A stretch of 51,072 nucleotides of DNA from Deltaproteobacteria bacterium (GTDB taxonomy: Bacteria > Desulfobacterota > Syntrophia > Syntrophales > UBA2210): positions 1 to 51,072 of the forward strand of contig JAFDBG010000011.1 of the NCBI GenBank assembly GCA_019313385.1. The letters are read 5' to 3'. Shown piece by piece: positions 10,383-20,837 of the stretch. The notes under the pieces are model-generated. The model saw only the letters and a program-made list of their open reading frames with translations, was not told the origin of the DNA and searched no databases. How positions within the stretch are numbered: position 1 is the first letter of the stretch; every line of letters begins with the position of its first letter. The position numbers and the translations under genes are program-made.

Positions 10383-10473
10383 TTTAGGCTGAAGGCTGAA
10401 GGCATTTAGGTTAAAAACTAATAGCCTTCAGTCTAAATAGCTTCAGCCTAATCCCGACTCGTCGGAACAGCCT
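10383..10473. repeat. Heptamer-based inverted repeat (aggctga / ttcagcc) intergenic element
   Basis: tttaggctgaaggctgaagg can pair with ccttcagtctaaa and cttcagcctaa. Confidence 0.6.
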
Positions 10474-10516
10474 GACTACATGAGTAGTTACTTACTGAAG
10501 ATAAGGAAAGGAAAAT

Positions 10517-11467
10517 ATGTTTATGAAAAGCAAATTCAAGGTATTCGTTTCAATCGTTCTGGTGTCGTTTTTTCTGCTGACGGCGGTTTCTGTCTGTGCC
10601 GCACAAAAGCTTACTATCATGCTGGACTGGTTTCCCAACGTGGATCACCTTCCCATCTATGTGGCGCAGCAGGAAGGATTTTTTGGTGATGAGGGTCTTG
10701 ATGTCACGATACTTACACCTTCCTCGACTACAGACGCCATGAAACTTGCCGCTTCCGGTAATGTCGACATCGCCGTTTCATACGAACCACAGGTGATTAT
10801 CGGCGCCTCGGCCGGTCTTAATATACAGGTTGTTGGGAGACTGGTGGAACATCCGCTCAGTGTCCTCCTCTTTCTTGATGGAAAGGGAATCAAAACCCCG
10901 GCGGACCTGGAAGGCAAAACAATCGGTTACACCGTTCCGGGCATGATGGATGTGATTATGGAGGCATTCGCGAAGATCAACGGAATCAAGAACTACGAGC
11001 CGATCAATGTCGGGTTTTCTATCGTACAGTCTCTGGTATCGGGCAAGGTGGACGCGATTATGGGTCCATATAAGAATTATGAGGCGGTGGAGCTTAAAGA
11101 GAAGGGGTACGCACCCGGCTATTTTGAGCTAAGCGAGTGGGGCATCCCGGACTACGACGAACTGGTCTTTATAAGCGGAGAGCGGACGGCGAAGGAGAGG
11201 GCGGAGGTCCTCAGAGGTTTTGCCCGAGCTATAGATCGTGCCATTTCCCGGACGAGGAAAACCCCCGGGAAGGCACTTGAGACCTATTTCAGCGCTGTGC
11301 CTGAAGCACCGCGTGACATGGAATCCAAGGCGTTTGAGATTACCCGTCCCCTTTACGCCCACAGTCAGATGTGTGACACGGGGGAATGGCAGAAGTTCGC
11401 GGATTTTGCCCTTCGTCACGGTCTCATTGAAAAGAAGGTGGATGTGACGACGATACTGGGAAGATAG
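10517..11467 (+). CDS. NMT1/THI5-family substrate-binding protein (ThiY-like)
   Basis: Signal peptide; LDWFPNVDH and GIPDYDELV motifs; thi operon context. Confidence 0.85.
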   Translation: MFMKSKFKVFVSIVLVSFFLLTAVSVCAAQKLTIMLDWFPNVDHLPIYVAQQEGFFGDEGLDVTILTPSSTTDAMKLAASGNVDIAVSYEPQVIIGASAGLNIQVVGRLVEHPLSVLLFLDGKGIKTPADLEGKTIGYTVPGMMDVIMEAFAKINGIKNYEPINVGFSIVQSLVSGKVDAIMGPYKNYEAVELKEKGYAPGYFELSEWGIPDYDELVFISGERTAKERAEVLRGFARAIDRAISRTRKTPGKALETYFSAVPEAPRDMESKAFEITRPLYAHSQMCDTGEWQKFADFALRHGLIEKKVDVTTILGR

Positions 11468-11477
11468 GAGAAGCTTC

Positions 11478-12287
11478 ATGGAGATTACAGCAAAAAGTAT
11501 CTATACGGATGTTGAAAAGATCAGGGAGACATCTCCCCTGATCCACAACATCACCAATTACGTGGTGATGAACATCACTGCCAACGCGCTTCTTGCGATA
11601 GGGGCGTCTCCGGTTATGGCGCACGCAGAGGAAGAGGTGGAGGAGATGACAGGCATTGCCCGTGCCCTGGTTATCAATATAGGTACCCTGAGCGAATCAT
11701 GGGTGAGGGCGATGTTTCTTGCCGTCAAACGGGCCGGTGATCTCGGGATACCGGCTATTCTGGATCCGGTAGGGGCCGGGGCCACATCCTATCGAACAAA
11801 GACTTGTCATGACCTCATAGATGCCGTCGCTCCTGCTGTTATTCGTGGAAATGCCTCCGAGATCATGGCGCTCGCAATGGGAGAGACAAAGACAAAGGGA
11901 GTGGATAGCTCCGATTCTTCAGTCGCCGCGCTGGAGGCGGCAAAGCTCCTGAACAAAAATGCGGGCAGTACCGTTTGCGTGAGCGGAGAGATCGATTATG
12001 TCGTGGGAGGAGAGAGTGTGATAACAATTGAAAATGGGCACCCGATGATGGGAAAAGTTACCGGCTTGGGCTGCACGGCCACCGCTCTCTGCGGAGCCTT
12101 TGCCGCCGTCAATCCCTCTTTTCCGGCCGCGGCCGCGGGGGCCATGGCAGTGATGGGTATTGCCGGAGAGATTGCAGCTGAAAGTTCCAAGGGGCCAGCC
12201 AGCATGCAGGTCGATTTTCTTGACGCCCTTTTTGGCTTGTCCGAAGATGACCTGACCAATCGTATCAGGATAGGAGGACAAAAATGA
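11478..12287 (+). CDS. thiM: Hydroxyethylthiazole kinase
   Basis: PLIHNITNYVV, LDPVGAGAT, IRGNASEI and VTGLGC motifs. Confidence 0.95.
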   Translation: MEITAKSIYTDVEKIRETSPLIHNITNYVVMNITANALLAIGASPVMAHAEEEVEEMTGIARALVINIGTLSESWVRAMFLAVKRAGDLGIPAILDPVGAGATSYRTKTCHDLIDAVAPAVIRGNASEIMALAMGETKTKGVDSSDSSVAALEAAKLLNKNAGSTVCVSGEIDYVVGGESVITIENGHPMMGKVTGLGCTATALCGAFAAVNPSFPAAAAGAMAVMGIAGEIAAESSKGPASMQVDFLDALFGLSEDDLTNRIRIGGQK

Positions 12288-12922
12288 AGGGTTTGTACCT
12301 TGTTACCGACCGTGATCTGTGTGGCGACAGATCACTTGAAGATGTGATATCGCGATCTGTAAAAGGGGGCGCGCGTTATGTGCAGATACGGGAAAAGGAT
12401 CAGTCCACACGGGATTTCATCGAAGAGGCCGTGAGGATCAAGGAGATTCTCAAGCCCTTTAGCGTGCCCCTGATCATAAATGACCGTGTTGATGTGGCGC
12501 TTGCGGTGAAAGCGGATGGCGTGCATGTGGGACAGGACGATATGCCGTATACGATGGCGCGCTCGCTAATGGGCCCCGGTGCTATTATCGGCCTGTCAGT
12601 GGAGACATGGAAAGATGTCGAGGAGGCCGAGGCCCTTGACTGTGATTACATCGGTATTAGTCCCGTCTTTGACACACCTACGAAAACCGACACAAAGGGA
12701 GCGTGGGGGCTGGATGGACTAACCAGAATCAGAGCCTTTTCACGCCACCAGCTCGTTGCCATCGGGGGACTGAACTCCTCCAACGCTGCGGATGTGATAA
12801 AGGCGGGCGCCGATTGCCTTGCCGTGGTCTCGGGTATATGCGCCGCGCCTGATCCCGAAGCCGCGTCAGAGGAACTGGTTGGTATGATAGCGGATGCGAG
12901 GGAAAGAATGGATCGTGCGTGA
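12284..12922 (+). CDS. thiE: Thiamine-phosphate synthase
   Basis: LYLVTD, QIREK, INDRVDVA, GVHVGQDD, TPTK and AIGG motifs. Confidence 0.95.
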   Translation: MKGLYLVTDRDLCGDRSLEDVISRSVKGGARYVQIREKDQSTRDFIEEAVRIKEILKPFSVPLIINDRVDVALAVKADGVHVGQDDMPYTMARSLMGPGAIIGLSVETWKDVEEAEALDCDYIGISPVFDTPTKTDTKGAWGLDGLTRIRAFSRHQLVAIGGLNSSNAADVIKAGADCLAVVSGICAAPDPEAASEELVGMIADARERMDRA

Positions 12923-13759
12923 TGTTTGAGAAACTCGTCATATTTGATTATTCAGGCACCCTGAGTCTGGATGCTGTCCGGTTCGCGGAAGGTGACAATC
13001 TGACAGGCGAACTGGAACAGAGCGGTCTTGTGGGTCTGGGAATAGCGGACCCGGAGACATTCTGGGAAGAGATAGTCAACCCCACCTGGGAAGAGGGGAG
13101 TTCCACAGCCATCGGCTACAGGGAGGTCATCTTTCGGAGGATTAAAGAGGTGTTCTTCCCGGCGGTCTCCGACGAAGAAATACGCCTGAGCGCCGCGCGC
13201 TTTGTCGACAGCTACCTCGCGCACTCCCCCATCGACGACCGGTGGCACTCCATCCTGCAAAAATTGAGTGGAGATCCTTCTGTTGTTACCGTTATTGCCA
13301 CCGATCATTACGCCGAGGCCACAGATTATATCGTTGGATTTCTCAAGGAAATGGGCATCGGGACGATATCGCTGAAAGAGGTGTCCGGCGCGACTGTATC
13401 TCCGGGATTTGTCGTCGCCAATTCCGCTGATATGGGTGCGTACAAGGTCGATCCGGCATTCTGGGAGATGGTAAGAACTGGTTTGAAACTGGGTGCAATC
13501 AAGAGTGTCCTGATTGTTGATGACTTCGGAATTAATGAAGAAGCGGGTGACAGCTATCGGAATTAATGAAGAAGCGGGTGACAGCTATGCGGATCATCAA
13601 AAGGTGAAGAATAGAAAGCGCAAGACCATCGACCTGCTGAAAAGTGTCTTCAATGTCCCGGTTTACGCGATGCCCTTTATTCTTGCCGGCAAATACGAAA
13701 AGACCCGAGCTGATCTCATCTCACAGGCATCCCTGGAAATAGAACAGTGGCTGAAGTAG
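12919..13759 (+). pseudogene. HAD-like hypothetical protein split by a 31-bp tandem duplication
   Basis: IFDYSGTL motif I and VDD motif; exact duplication at 13527-13588 shifts the frame, and the C-terminus continues in ORF 13514-13759. Confidence 0.7.
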
Positions 13760-13775
13760 TCCTTTCATGTAACTT

Positions 13776-13940
13776 GTCATTCCCGACACGGAGGCTGTGT
13801 CGCAATTCCTTTTTTGTCATTTCGAGCAGAGCGAGAAATCTTAATACTTTTCCTCGTTTCCACGCGCTTGGGTGAGAATGCAGACCTGCTACCATATTGC
13901 TGTAGGTTTTTGTTGGGTTTCGTTCCTCAGCCCAACCTAC
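13776..13940. repeat. Cluster of several different REP-like palindromes
   Basis: gtcattcccgac.., gtcatttcgagcagagcgagaaatct, ctcgtttccacgcg..gagaatgca and gtagg..gttgggtttcgttcctcagcccaacctac. Confidence 0.65.
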
Positions 13941-13975
13941 GACTATTAGTTGATTTTTATTATATTTCTTGATAA

Positions 13976-13990
13976 TGGGTTATTAACCCA
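13976..13990. promoter_or_regulatory. Perfect inverted repeat, candidate AbiEi operator
   Basis: tgggtta-t-taaccca directly before the AAGGA RBS of the antitoxin gene. Confidence 0.5.
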
Positions 13991-14005
13991 CTTAAGGAAA
14001 ACATC

Positions 14006-14809
14006 GTGAAACAACAAGGGCCGGAAATAGGGAATCTTTCGTCAAGATTCTTCGCTTACACCCAGCTTAAGAAGAGGGATAGCATTCGCACCGGAGAACT
14101 ATCACCAGTATTAGGTATCACTGACTCACAGGAACGTGACCTGCTCCGTCGTCTGTCACGCTCCGGCTGGATTGTCAGGCTGAAACGCGGAGTATATCTT
14201 GTGCCTTCCCGCATACCGGCCGGTGGCAAGTATAGTCCCGGCACCGCCTTGATTCTTAAGAAGCTAATGGAGGAAACTGGTGGTAAATATCAGATTTGCG
14301 GACCAACGGCGTTCAATTTCTATGGCTTTGATGAACAGATTACAAACGTTACTTATGTTTACAATAACCGTATTTCAGGAAGTCGTTCAATCGGGAACTT
14401 AGCGTTTCAATTCATAAAAATCTCTGATGAACGCCTTGGATCAATCAATATTCTGCGTACCCCCGAAGGCGTTGAAGTTAATTATTCTTCAAAAGCGAGG
14501 ACCCTTATGGATGCCGTCTACGACTGGTCCCGCTTCAATAGTTTGCCCCGAGGGTATGACTGGATCAGCCAGGAAGTTAAAGGAGATCTTAAATTTGCAG
14601 CTGAATTGGTCGAGACTACCGTTCAGTACGGTAATCAGGCCACAGTCCGGCGAATAGGGTATTTGTTAGATACTCTTGTCCAAAATTCGAGAACCATAAA
14701 TAAGCTCCAATGTCGGCTAAGTGATTCTAAAGCCTTGATTCCCTGGATTCCTGTCAATCCCCCAAAGGGAACAGCAAACCGCAAATGGGGGGTGATTGTT
14801 AATGGATGA
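14006..14809 (+). CDS. Type IV TA AbiEi-family antitoxin
   Basis: N-terminal wHTH (LLRRLSRSGWIVRLKRGVY), TAFNFYG, RTLMD and RRIGYLL motifs; coupled to an AbiEii-like gene. Confidence 0.8.
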   Translation: MKQQGPEIGNLSSRFFAYTQLKKRDSIRTGELSPVLGITDSQERDLLRRLSRSGWIVRLKRGVYLVPSRIPAGGKYSPGTALILKKLMEETGGKYQICGPTAFNFYGFDEQITNVTYVYNNRISGSRSIGNLAFQFIKISDERLGSINILRTPEGVEVNYSSKARTLMDAVYDWSRFNSLPRGYDWISQEVKGDLKFAAELVETTVQYGNQATVRRIGYLLDTLVQNSRTINKLQCRLSDSKALIPWIPVNPPKGTANRKWGVIVNG

Positions 14810-15683
14810 GGTGAATTTTCCATATCCCCACAACACAGATGGCGACATTTTTCGAGAGTCCCTGGCACATTCTGAAGCTACTACAGGATTTACAGCAACC
14901 CTGATTGAAAAGGATTACTATTGCTCTTTGGTTCTTCAATACCTTTTTGATGGTGACACATCGCTGGTGTTTAAAGGAGGAACCTGTCTCAGCAAGGTTT
15001 ACGCAGGATTCTACAGGCTCAGTGAGGATTTGGACTTAATTATCCCGGTTACTCCAGATACATCCCGCGAGCAGAGACGTGCCGAGACAAAACCGATTAA
15101 GCGACTGTTTGATGAACTGCCGGCAGTAATTCCCGGGCTTGCGATTTCAGAAGCATTCAGAGGTCATAACGAATCTCGCCAATATATCGGGCAGCTTGAA
15201 TATTGGTCATCGGTGATTGATAAGCAGGAAAGGATTAAGATTGAAGTCGGAGTACGTGAACCTCTGCTTAAAACGCCGGTCTCCAGTCCTGCACGCACAA
15301 TTGCTGTAAATCCATTTAGTGGTCAACCTCTCCTCCCAGTTTTTACTATTCGTGCAATGGCAGTTAGAGAGGCTTACGCAGAAAAGGTTCGGGCGGCTCT
15401 GACGAGAAAAGAGCCTGCGATCCGGGACTTCTTCGATCTTTCATATGCTGTTCGTGAAATGGGGCTGGACTTCTCTGATCCTGACTTTCTGGGCATGGTG
15501 AGGGCTAAACTCAGAGTACCGGGCAATTTCCCCGTTAACGTTTCTGCGGATCGCAAACATGAGCTTGATCGGCAATTAAAAGGTCAGTTAAAGCCGGTGC
15601 TTCGTTCAGCAGATTTTATCAGGTTCAGCCTGGATGAAGCTTTCGATCTTGCATGCAGTATCGCGGAGGCCATATCGGTTTAG
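14802..15683 (+). CDS. AbiEii/AbiGii nucleotidyltransferase toxin
   Basis: IEKDY, FKGGTCL, RLSEDLD, AEKVRA and RDFFD motifs. Confidence 0.88.
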   Translation: MDEVNFPYPHNTDGDIFRESLAHSEATTGFTATLIEKDYYCSLVLQYLFDGDTSLVFKGGTCLSKVYAGFYRLSEDLDLIIPVTPDTSREQRRAETKPIKRLFDELPAVIPGLAISEAFRGHNESRQYIGQLEYWSSVIDKQERIKIEVGVREPLLKTPVSSPARTIAVNPFSGQPLLPVFTIRAMAVREAYAEKVRAALTRKEPAIRDFFDLSYAVREMGLDFSDPDFLGMVRAKLRVPGNFPVNVSADRKHELDRQLKGQLKPVLRSADFIRFSLDEAFDLACSIAEAISV

Positions 15684-15981
15684 CTATTCTGCCGAGTGTC
15701 TGTCTGCAAACGGAGTCAACAAGCGCATTAGCAATTATTGGACGTGTAAGGGTGGCATCGGTATCATTGAAGGACATACCATCGAAGCCTTACCCATCGG
15801 CACCAGCGGCAATACTTCTTGACATATAACGGTAATAGGTTTAACCGGTTAGCAGATTCTGTCAGGTTTTTAATGTATAAAGCGTGCTTGTGACCGGATC
15901 AAACTATTATTGCGGTTGCCGGGACGAAAAATGTGGTGTGCTTTCAATCCGGTTTCGCGCTCCGGACGGTAATACTGACAT

Positions 15982-16956
15982 ATGAATAAACAAATAAATA
16001 CAGGTGAGATAGTCATATATCAAACGGAAGATGGTCAGACATCTTTCGATGTTAATCTGGCGGAGGATACTGTATGGCTTGATGCTCATCAGATGGCGGG
16101 ACTTTTTCAAAGGGACAGAACCGTTATTCTCAGGCACGTAAGAAATATCTATAAAACCGGTGAATTGTTGCACGATCCAACCTGTGCAAAAATTGCACAG
16201 GTTGCCCAGGACGGCAAAAAAAGGGTAATGAATTTCTGTAGGTTATCGTGTCAATTCATTGCGAGGCACCCAGTTTCGTGTCTGGGCCAACAGAATACTC
16301 AAAGAGTACCTTGTCACTGGTTATGCCCTGAATGAAAAAAGGTTGCAGTCACAGATCGAAAAATACGAAGCGCTTAAACAATCGATCAGTCTTATTGATG
16401 ATATCGTTGATCGCAAACTGCTCTCCACGTCTGAATATCCGAAGGCCTCCTGAGGGTTATTGGTGATTTCAGCTATGCCCTGGATACACTCGATCGATAC
16501 GATTACGGCAAGCTGGAACTGGCTCGCGTATCTGAACGTACAGCGAAACGAATTTCATATGAAGAAGCTAAAGGCGCGATTAAGAAAATGCTGGGAAAGT
16601 TTGGTGATTCCGCCCTGTTTGGACGTGAAAAGGATAATTCGTTCAGAAGCTCTCTGGACACGCTTTACCAGACTTTCGACGGCAAGGATCTCTATCCCAG
16701 TATCGAAGAAAAGGCAGCACATCTTCTGTATTTCATTGTGAAAAATCACTCATTCGTAGACGGGAACAAACGTATCGCCGCCGCTATTTTTACCTGGTTT
16801 CTTGAACGGAATGGCTTGCTCTACAGAACTGACGGAACAAAACGCATAGCGGACAACGCTTTGATCGCGTTGACGTTGATGATTGCCATGAGCGATCCGA
16901 AGGAAAAGGACGTCATAGCGAAGATAATTATCAATCTCATAAATAAGGACAATTGA
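15982..16956 (+). pseudogene. RhuM-like N-terminus plus Fic/Doc fusion, frameshifted
   Basis: TVWL..QMA.LFQRDRTVI.RH, then VGYRVNS.RGTQFR.WA in a second frame, then the Fic motif HSFVDGNKR in a third; breaks near 16237 and 16440. Confidence 0.8.
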
Positions 16957-17005
16957 TCCGAAGGTATTTTCCCATTGATATTCTTGGCGTTAATTGATTT
17001 GTGAT

Positions 17006-17024
17006 GTCATTCCGGCGAAAGCCG
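17006..17024. repeat. Partial GTCAT-type REP palindrome
   Basis: gtcattccggcgaaagccg; related inverted copy at 41731-41783. Confidence 0.55.
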
Positions 17025-17403
17025 AGAGTAAAGGGGGACAGTATGAACCTCCCCCAGTTTAACGGACACTTCAAAAAATATACGGGTGCGTATACATGCG
17101 TATACAATGGAGAAGAAAGGATATTAATATACCAGCATTCTGTAAAAGAAATTGAGTTTCCATTCAATTTAGCACATATACGCAGAATTGAATATGAAAA
17201 CAGCGCAACTGGAGGACGGAAACTTGAAGAAGAATTGAAGGAAACTCTGGAGCATGTACTATCCCCGAAACTTCACGCTTAAGCGGCTGGACTATGACTG
17301 GCAATTTGCGGGCACTCATTACCAGCCTGTTGGCCCGGTTATGTTTTCAATCAAGCTCGGCACTCCAGACGTACAAGCAGAATGATGGAAAAAGGATAAT
17401 TCA

Positions 17404-19614
17404 ATGGCAAGACTGACCGAACAGGAACAACAGGAGATTATCCGCTTTATCGAGGCGGGTAAACCGCTGCCGGACAAATACCGTTTCCTCTTATTCGAGG
17501 ATAAGCGCGAGGTGGAACTGGTCTGGAATGGGAAGACAAGCGAGGTGTGCAACATCGTTCTACCGTTTCAGGTGATTGAGCAGGTGGATGAACCGCGGGC
17601 CGAGAAGCCGGAGGACACAAAACCAGCCGAGCCCCTCTTCGAATGGGCTGGTATCTCCCTGGACAATCGTGGACGTCAGCTCAAGGGCTGGACAAATAAA
17701 CTTATCTGGGGCGACAACAAGCTGATTCTCGCGTCACTGAAAAACGGGCCGCTGCGCGAGGAGATCGAAGCCCAGGGCGGGCTGAAACTGATCTACATCG
17801 ATCCGCCCTTCGACGTGGGCGCGGATTTTTCTATGGACATCGAAATCGGCGGCGACACCTTTACCAAGAAACCCAATATCCTCGAAGAGATCGCTTACCG
17901 CGACACCTGGGGCAAGGGAGCTGATTCCTTTATTGCCATGATCTACGAACGGCTTGTACTGATGCGCGATCTGCTGGCGGTAGACGGGAGTATTTATGTG
18001 CATTGCGATTGGAGAGTGAATAGCTATATTCGTTTGGCGTTGGATGAGGTGTTTGGCAGCACAGGTTACGTGAGTGAGATAGTTTGGAAAAGTGGTGTCA
18101 TTAAAGGCGCCAGGGGGAAATCAAAAAAATTTGGTAAGTTAGTGGACTATCTATATCTGTATGCAAAATCTGAAAGCTACTTATTTAACAATGTGTACAA
18201 ACAGCATGACCTGGGGAGCAAGAATAATAAATTTGTTCATAAAGACAAAGACGGAAGAATATATAGTAGGGATACACCTTTAGGTGATTATAGCGAGGAA
18301 AGCATTAAGGAGTTTGAACGACAGGGAAGAATATATGTAACTAGGAATGGGGGACGGCAACTTATCCGATTTTTGGATGAAGTGTCTGGCTTAACAGTTG
18401 GGGAGTTGTGGGACGACATTAACCCGATAAATCAAATAGCCAATGAACGATTGAACTACCCAACCCAAAAACCAGAAGCCCTTCTCGAACGTATCATCAA
18501 AGCTTCATCCAACGAAGGCGATCTTGTTGCCGACTTCTTCTGCGGCTCCGGCACCACGGCCGCCGTCGCCGAAAAACTTGGCCGCAAGTGGATCGTATCC
18601 GACCTGGGGAAGTTCGCCATACACACCACCCGCAAGCGCATGATCGGTGTTCAACGATCGCTCAAGGATGATGGCACAGACTACCGCGCCTTTGAGATTC
18701 TCAACCTGGGCAAGTACGAGCGGCAGCATTATATCGGCGCCAACCCGAACCTGCGTGAGGAAGAACAGCAGAAACAAATAGAAGAAAAGGAGGCTGCGTT
18801 TCTCGACCTGATCCTGCGCGCCTACCGGGCGGAAAAGGTGGAGAATTTCGCCTGTTTCAACGGCAAGAAGGCCGGACGGCTCGTCGCCGTCGGCCCGGTG
18901 AATCTGCCCGTGACGCGCCTCTTCGTCGAAGAGATCATCCTGGAATGCCGCAAGAAGCACATTACGAAGGTCGATATCTTGGGCTTTGAATTTGAGATGG
19001 GGTTGTTCCCGAACGTCCTGGACGAAGCACGCGCCAAGGGGATCGACATCGCGCCGAAATATATCCCGGCCGATGTGTTCGACAAACGGGCGGTTGATAA
19101 GAACCAGGTGGTATTTCATGATGTGGCGTTTATCGAGGTCAAGCCGCATGTGAAGAAGAAAAGCGCGGCAGTGGAATTGACCGATTTTTCGGTTTTCTAT
19201 TCGCAGGACTCTATCGCCAACGCCGAGGCGACCATCAAGAATAAGGGCAATCGCATAGTTGTGGAGAAGGGACAGATCGTGAAGGTGAGCAAGGATAAGG
19301 ACGGTATCGTCAACCGTGAAGTGCTCACAAAGAACTGGACCGACTGGATTGATTACTGGTCGGTGGACTTCGACTTCGAGAGCAAGCGCGAGATCATCCG
19401 TGTGAAGGACGAAGACAGCGGCGAGTGGGAAGAACGGTGGACGGGAGATTTTATCTTTGAGAACGAGTGGCAGTCCTTCCGCACGAAGAAAGACCGGTCG
19501 CTGGAACTGAAGAGCGTTTTCCACGAATGCCCGCCGGGGAGGCGCAAGATCGCGGTCAAGGTGGTGGATATCTTCGGCAACGACACAATGACCATTGTTG
19601 AGGTGAACGTGTGA
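17404..19614 (+). CDS. Site-specific N6/N4 DNA methyltransferase (type III Mod-like)
   Basis: LIYIDPPF catalytic motif, YPTQKPE, and [12 protein letters not shown]-binding motif; upstream of a Res-like gene. Confidence 0.92.
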   Translation: MARLTEQEQQEIIRFIEAGKPLPDKYRFLLFEDKREVELVWNGKTSEVCNIVLPFQVIEQVDEPRAEKPEDTKPAEPLFEWAGISLDNRGRQLKGWTNKLIWGDNKLILASLKNGPLREEIEAQGGLKLIYIDPPFDVGADFSMDIEIGGDTFTKKPNILEEIAYRDTWGKGADSFIAMIYERLVLMRDLLAVDGSIYVHCDWRVNSYIRLALDEVFGSTGYVSEIVWKSGVIKGARGKSKKFGKLVDYLYLYAKSESYLFNNVYKQHDLGSKNNKFVHKDKDGRIYSRDTPLGDYSEESIKEFERQGRIYVTRNGGRQLIRFLDEVSGLTVGELWDDINPINQIANERLNYPTQKPEALLERIIKASSNEGDLVADFFCGSGTTAAVAEKLGRKWIVSDLGKFAIHTTRKRMIGVQRSLKDDGTDYRAFEILNLGKYERQHYIGANPNLREEEQQKQIEEKEAAFLDLILRAYRAEKVENFACFNGKKAGRLVAVGPVNLPVTRLFVEEIILECRKKHITKVDILGFEFEMGLFPNVLDEARAKGIDIAPKYIPADVFDKRAVDKNQVVFHDVAFIEVKPHVKKKSAAVELTDFSVFYSQDSIANAEATIKNKGNRIVVEKGQIVKVSKDKDGIVNREVLTKNWTDWIDYWSVDFDFESKREIIRVKDEDSGEWEERWTGDFIFENEWQSFRTKKDRSLELKSVFHECPPGRRKIAVKVVDIFGNDTMTIVEVNV

Positions 19615-20455
19615 ACTTTTCTTTACCTTTACCGGAGATTCGTCACGATAAGGCAGGTTTTGAAGCCCTTATTTCCCTGTATGGGCAAACCAGAGATTGT
19701 CTTTTTGATGACATTGACGTTGACATGAGCGCAACAAGTTGGTTCGATGCTGATATGTGTGCGTCATTTGGCGCGATCCTTTACCGTTTAAGCAAAAACT
19801 TGAACACGGTAAAATTGACAAATGTCGAGAAAAATGTTGTAAGTATTCTGTCAAAAAATGGATTTATGAGCAGTTATGAATTCCCTATCAGCGTTTTGAT
19901 GTTAAAGACGATCGTTATTTTGCTGGTTATATAGAGAACGAATTCATGCAGCGCTCGGAAATCCCAGCCATGTCGCCAGGGTTGCAGAAGAAGTTCCGAG
20001 AGAGCATTTTTGAAATTTTCAGCAATGCAGTGTTGCACTCGAAGACAGAGATGGGAATTTTCAGTTGCGGGCAGTTTTTCCCAAAACGAGACAGGCTTGA
20101 TTTCTCTGTCACGGACCTGGGAATTGGCATCCGTCAGAATGTAAACGATAGCACCAAACTTGATCTCTCACCAGAAAAAGCCATCAGATGGGCTACGGAA
20201 GGGCAAAATACTACGAAACGCGGGCAAATTCCTGGCGGGCTAGGTTTGAAGTTGCTTGGTGAGTTTATTGATTTGAATGGCGGGTGTATTCAAATTGTTT
20301 CGGATGCCGGTTATTGGAGGCGGGAAAGAGGTGAAATTTCTACCGCCAGATTAAGTCTGCCCTTCCCTGGAACAGTGGTAAGCGTTGAAATTAATACTGC
20401 TGACAAGCAATCCTATGCACTCACTTACGAATTATCGGAAACCGACATATTTTGA
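19611..20455 (+). pseudogene. GHKL/HATPase_c ATP-binding protein, frameshifted near 19878
   Basis: EIFSNAVLHS, DLGIGI and GGLGL boxes in ORF 19946-20455; that frame extends upstream (IPYQRFDVKDDRYFAGYIENEF) to the break with ORF 19611. Confidence 0.72.
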
Positions 20456-20465
20456 GGTAATCATT

Positions 20466-20837
20466 ATGAGTAAGAACTTGGAACTTTCCATATTTGAAGT
20501 CGTAGGCAACCCGCTTTGCGTTGCCTCCAGCGATGGACAGAAGGTTTATGATCGCGTTATGGCTGCTCTGAAAGAAGGGCGAAATGTCACGCTTTCATTT
20601 CGCAATGTCACCACGCTGACATCAGCCTTTCTTAATGCGGCGATTGGTCAATTATATGGCGTATTCAGCGAAGATCAAATACGCGCCTTGCTCACGGTAG
20701 AAGATATGCAGCAAGATGATATTGCGCTTTTGAAACGCGTGGTTGAAACGGCCAAGCAGTACTTTAAAGACCCACAGAAATTTGATCAGGCTCTTCGGGA
20801 AACGATGGAGGACGATAACGATGACTCACAGGACTGA
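20466..20837 (+). CDS. STAS-like domain protein (DUF4325-like)
   Basis: DGQKVY, VTLSFRNVTTLTSAFLNAAIGQLY pattern; GAGG RBS. Confidence 0.75.
   Translation: MSKNLELSIFEVVGNPLCVASSDGQKVYDRVMAALKEGRNVTLSFRNVTTLTSAFLNAAIGQLYGVFSEDQIRALLTVEDMQQDDIALLKRVVETAKQYFKDPQKFDQALRETMEDDNDDSQD

Noticed and set aside
13527-13588. 31-bp repeat as a CRISPR array
   Set aside because: Two abutting copies with no spacer, inside a CDS; no cas genes in the window
15634-15822. 62-aa ORF after the AbiEii-like gene
   Set aside because: Overlaps the toxin gene end, has no motif or clear RBS; cannot be supported
18505-19524. 339-aa minus-strand ORF
   Set aside because: Antisense shadow of mod; no recognisable motifs
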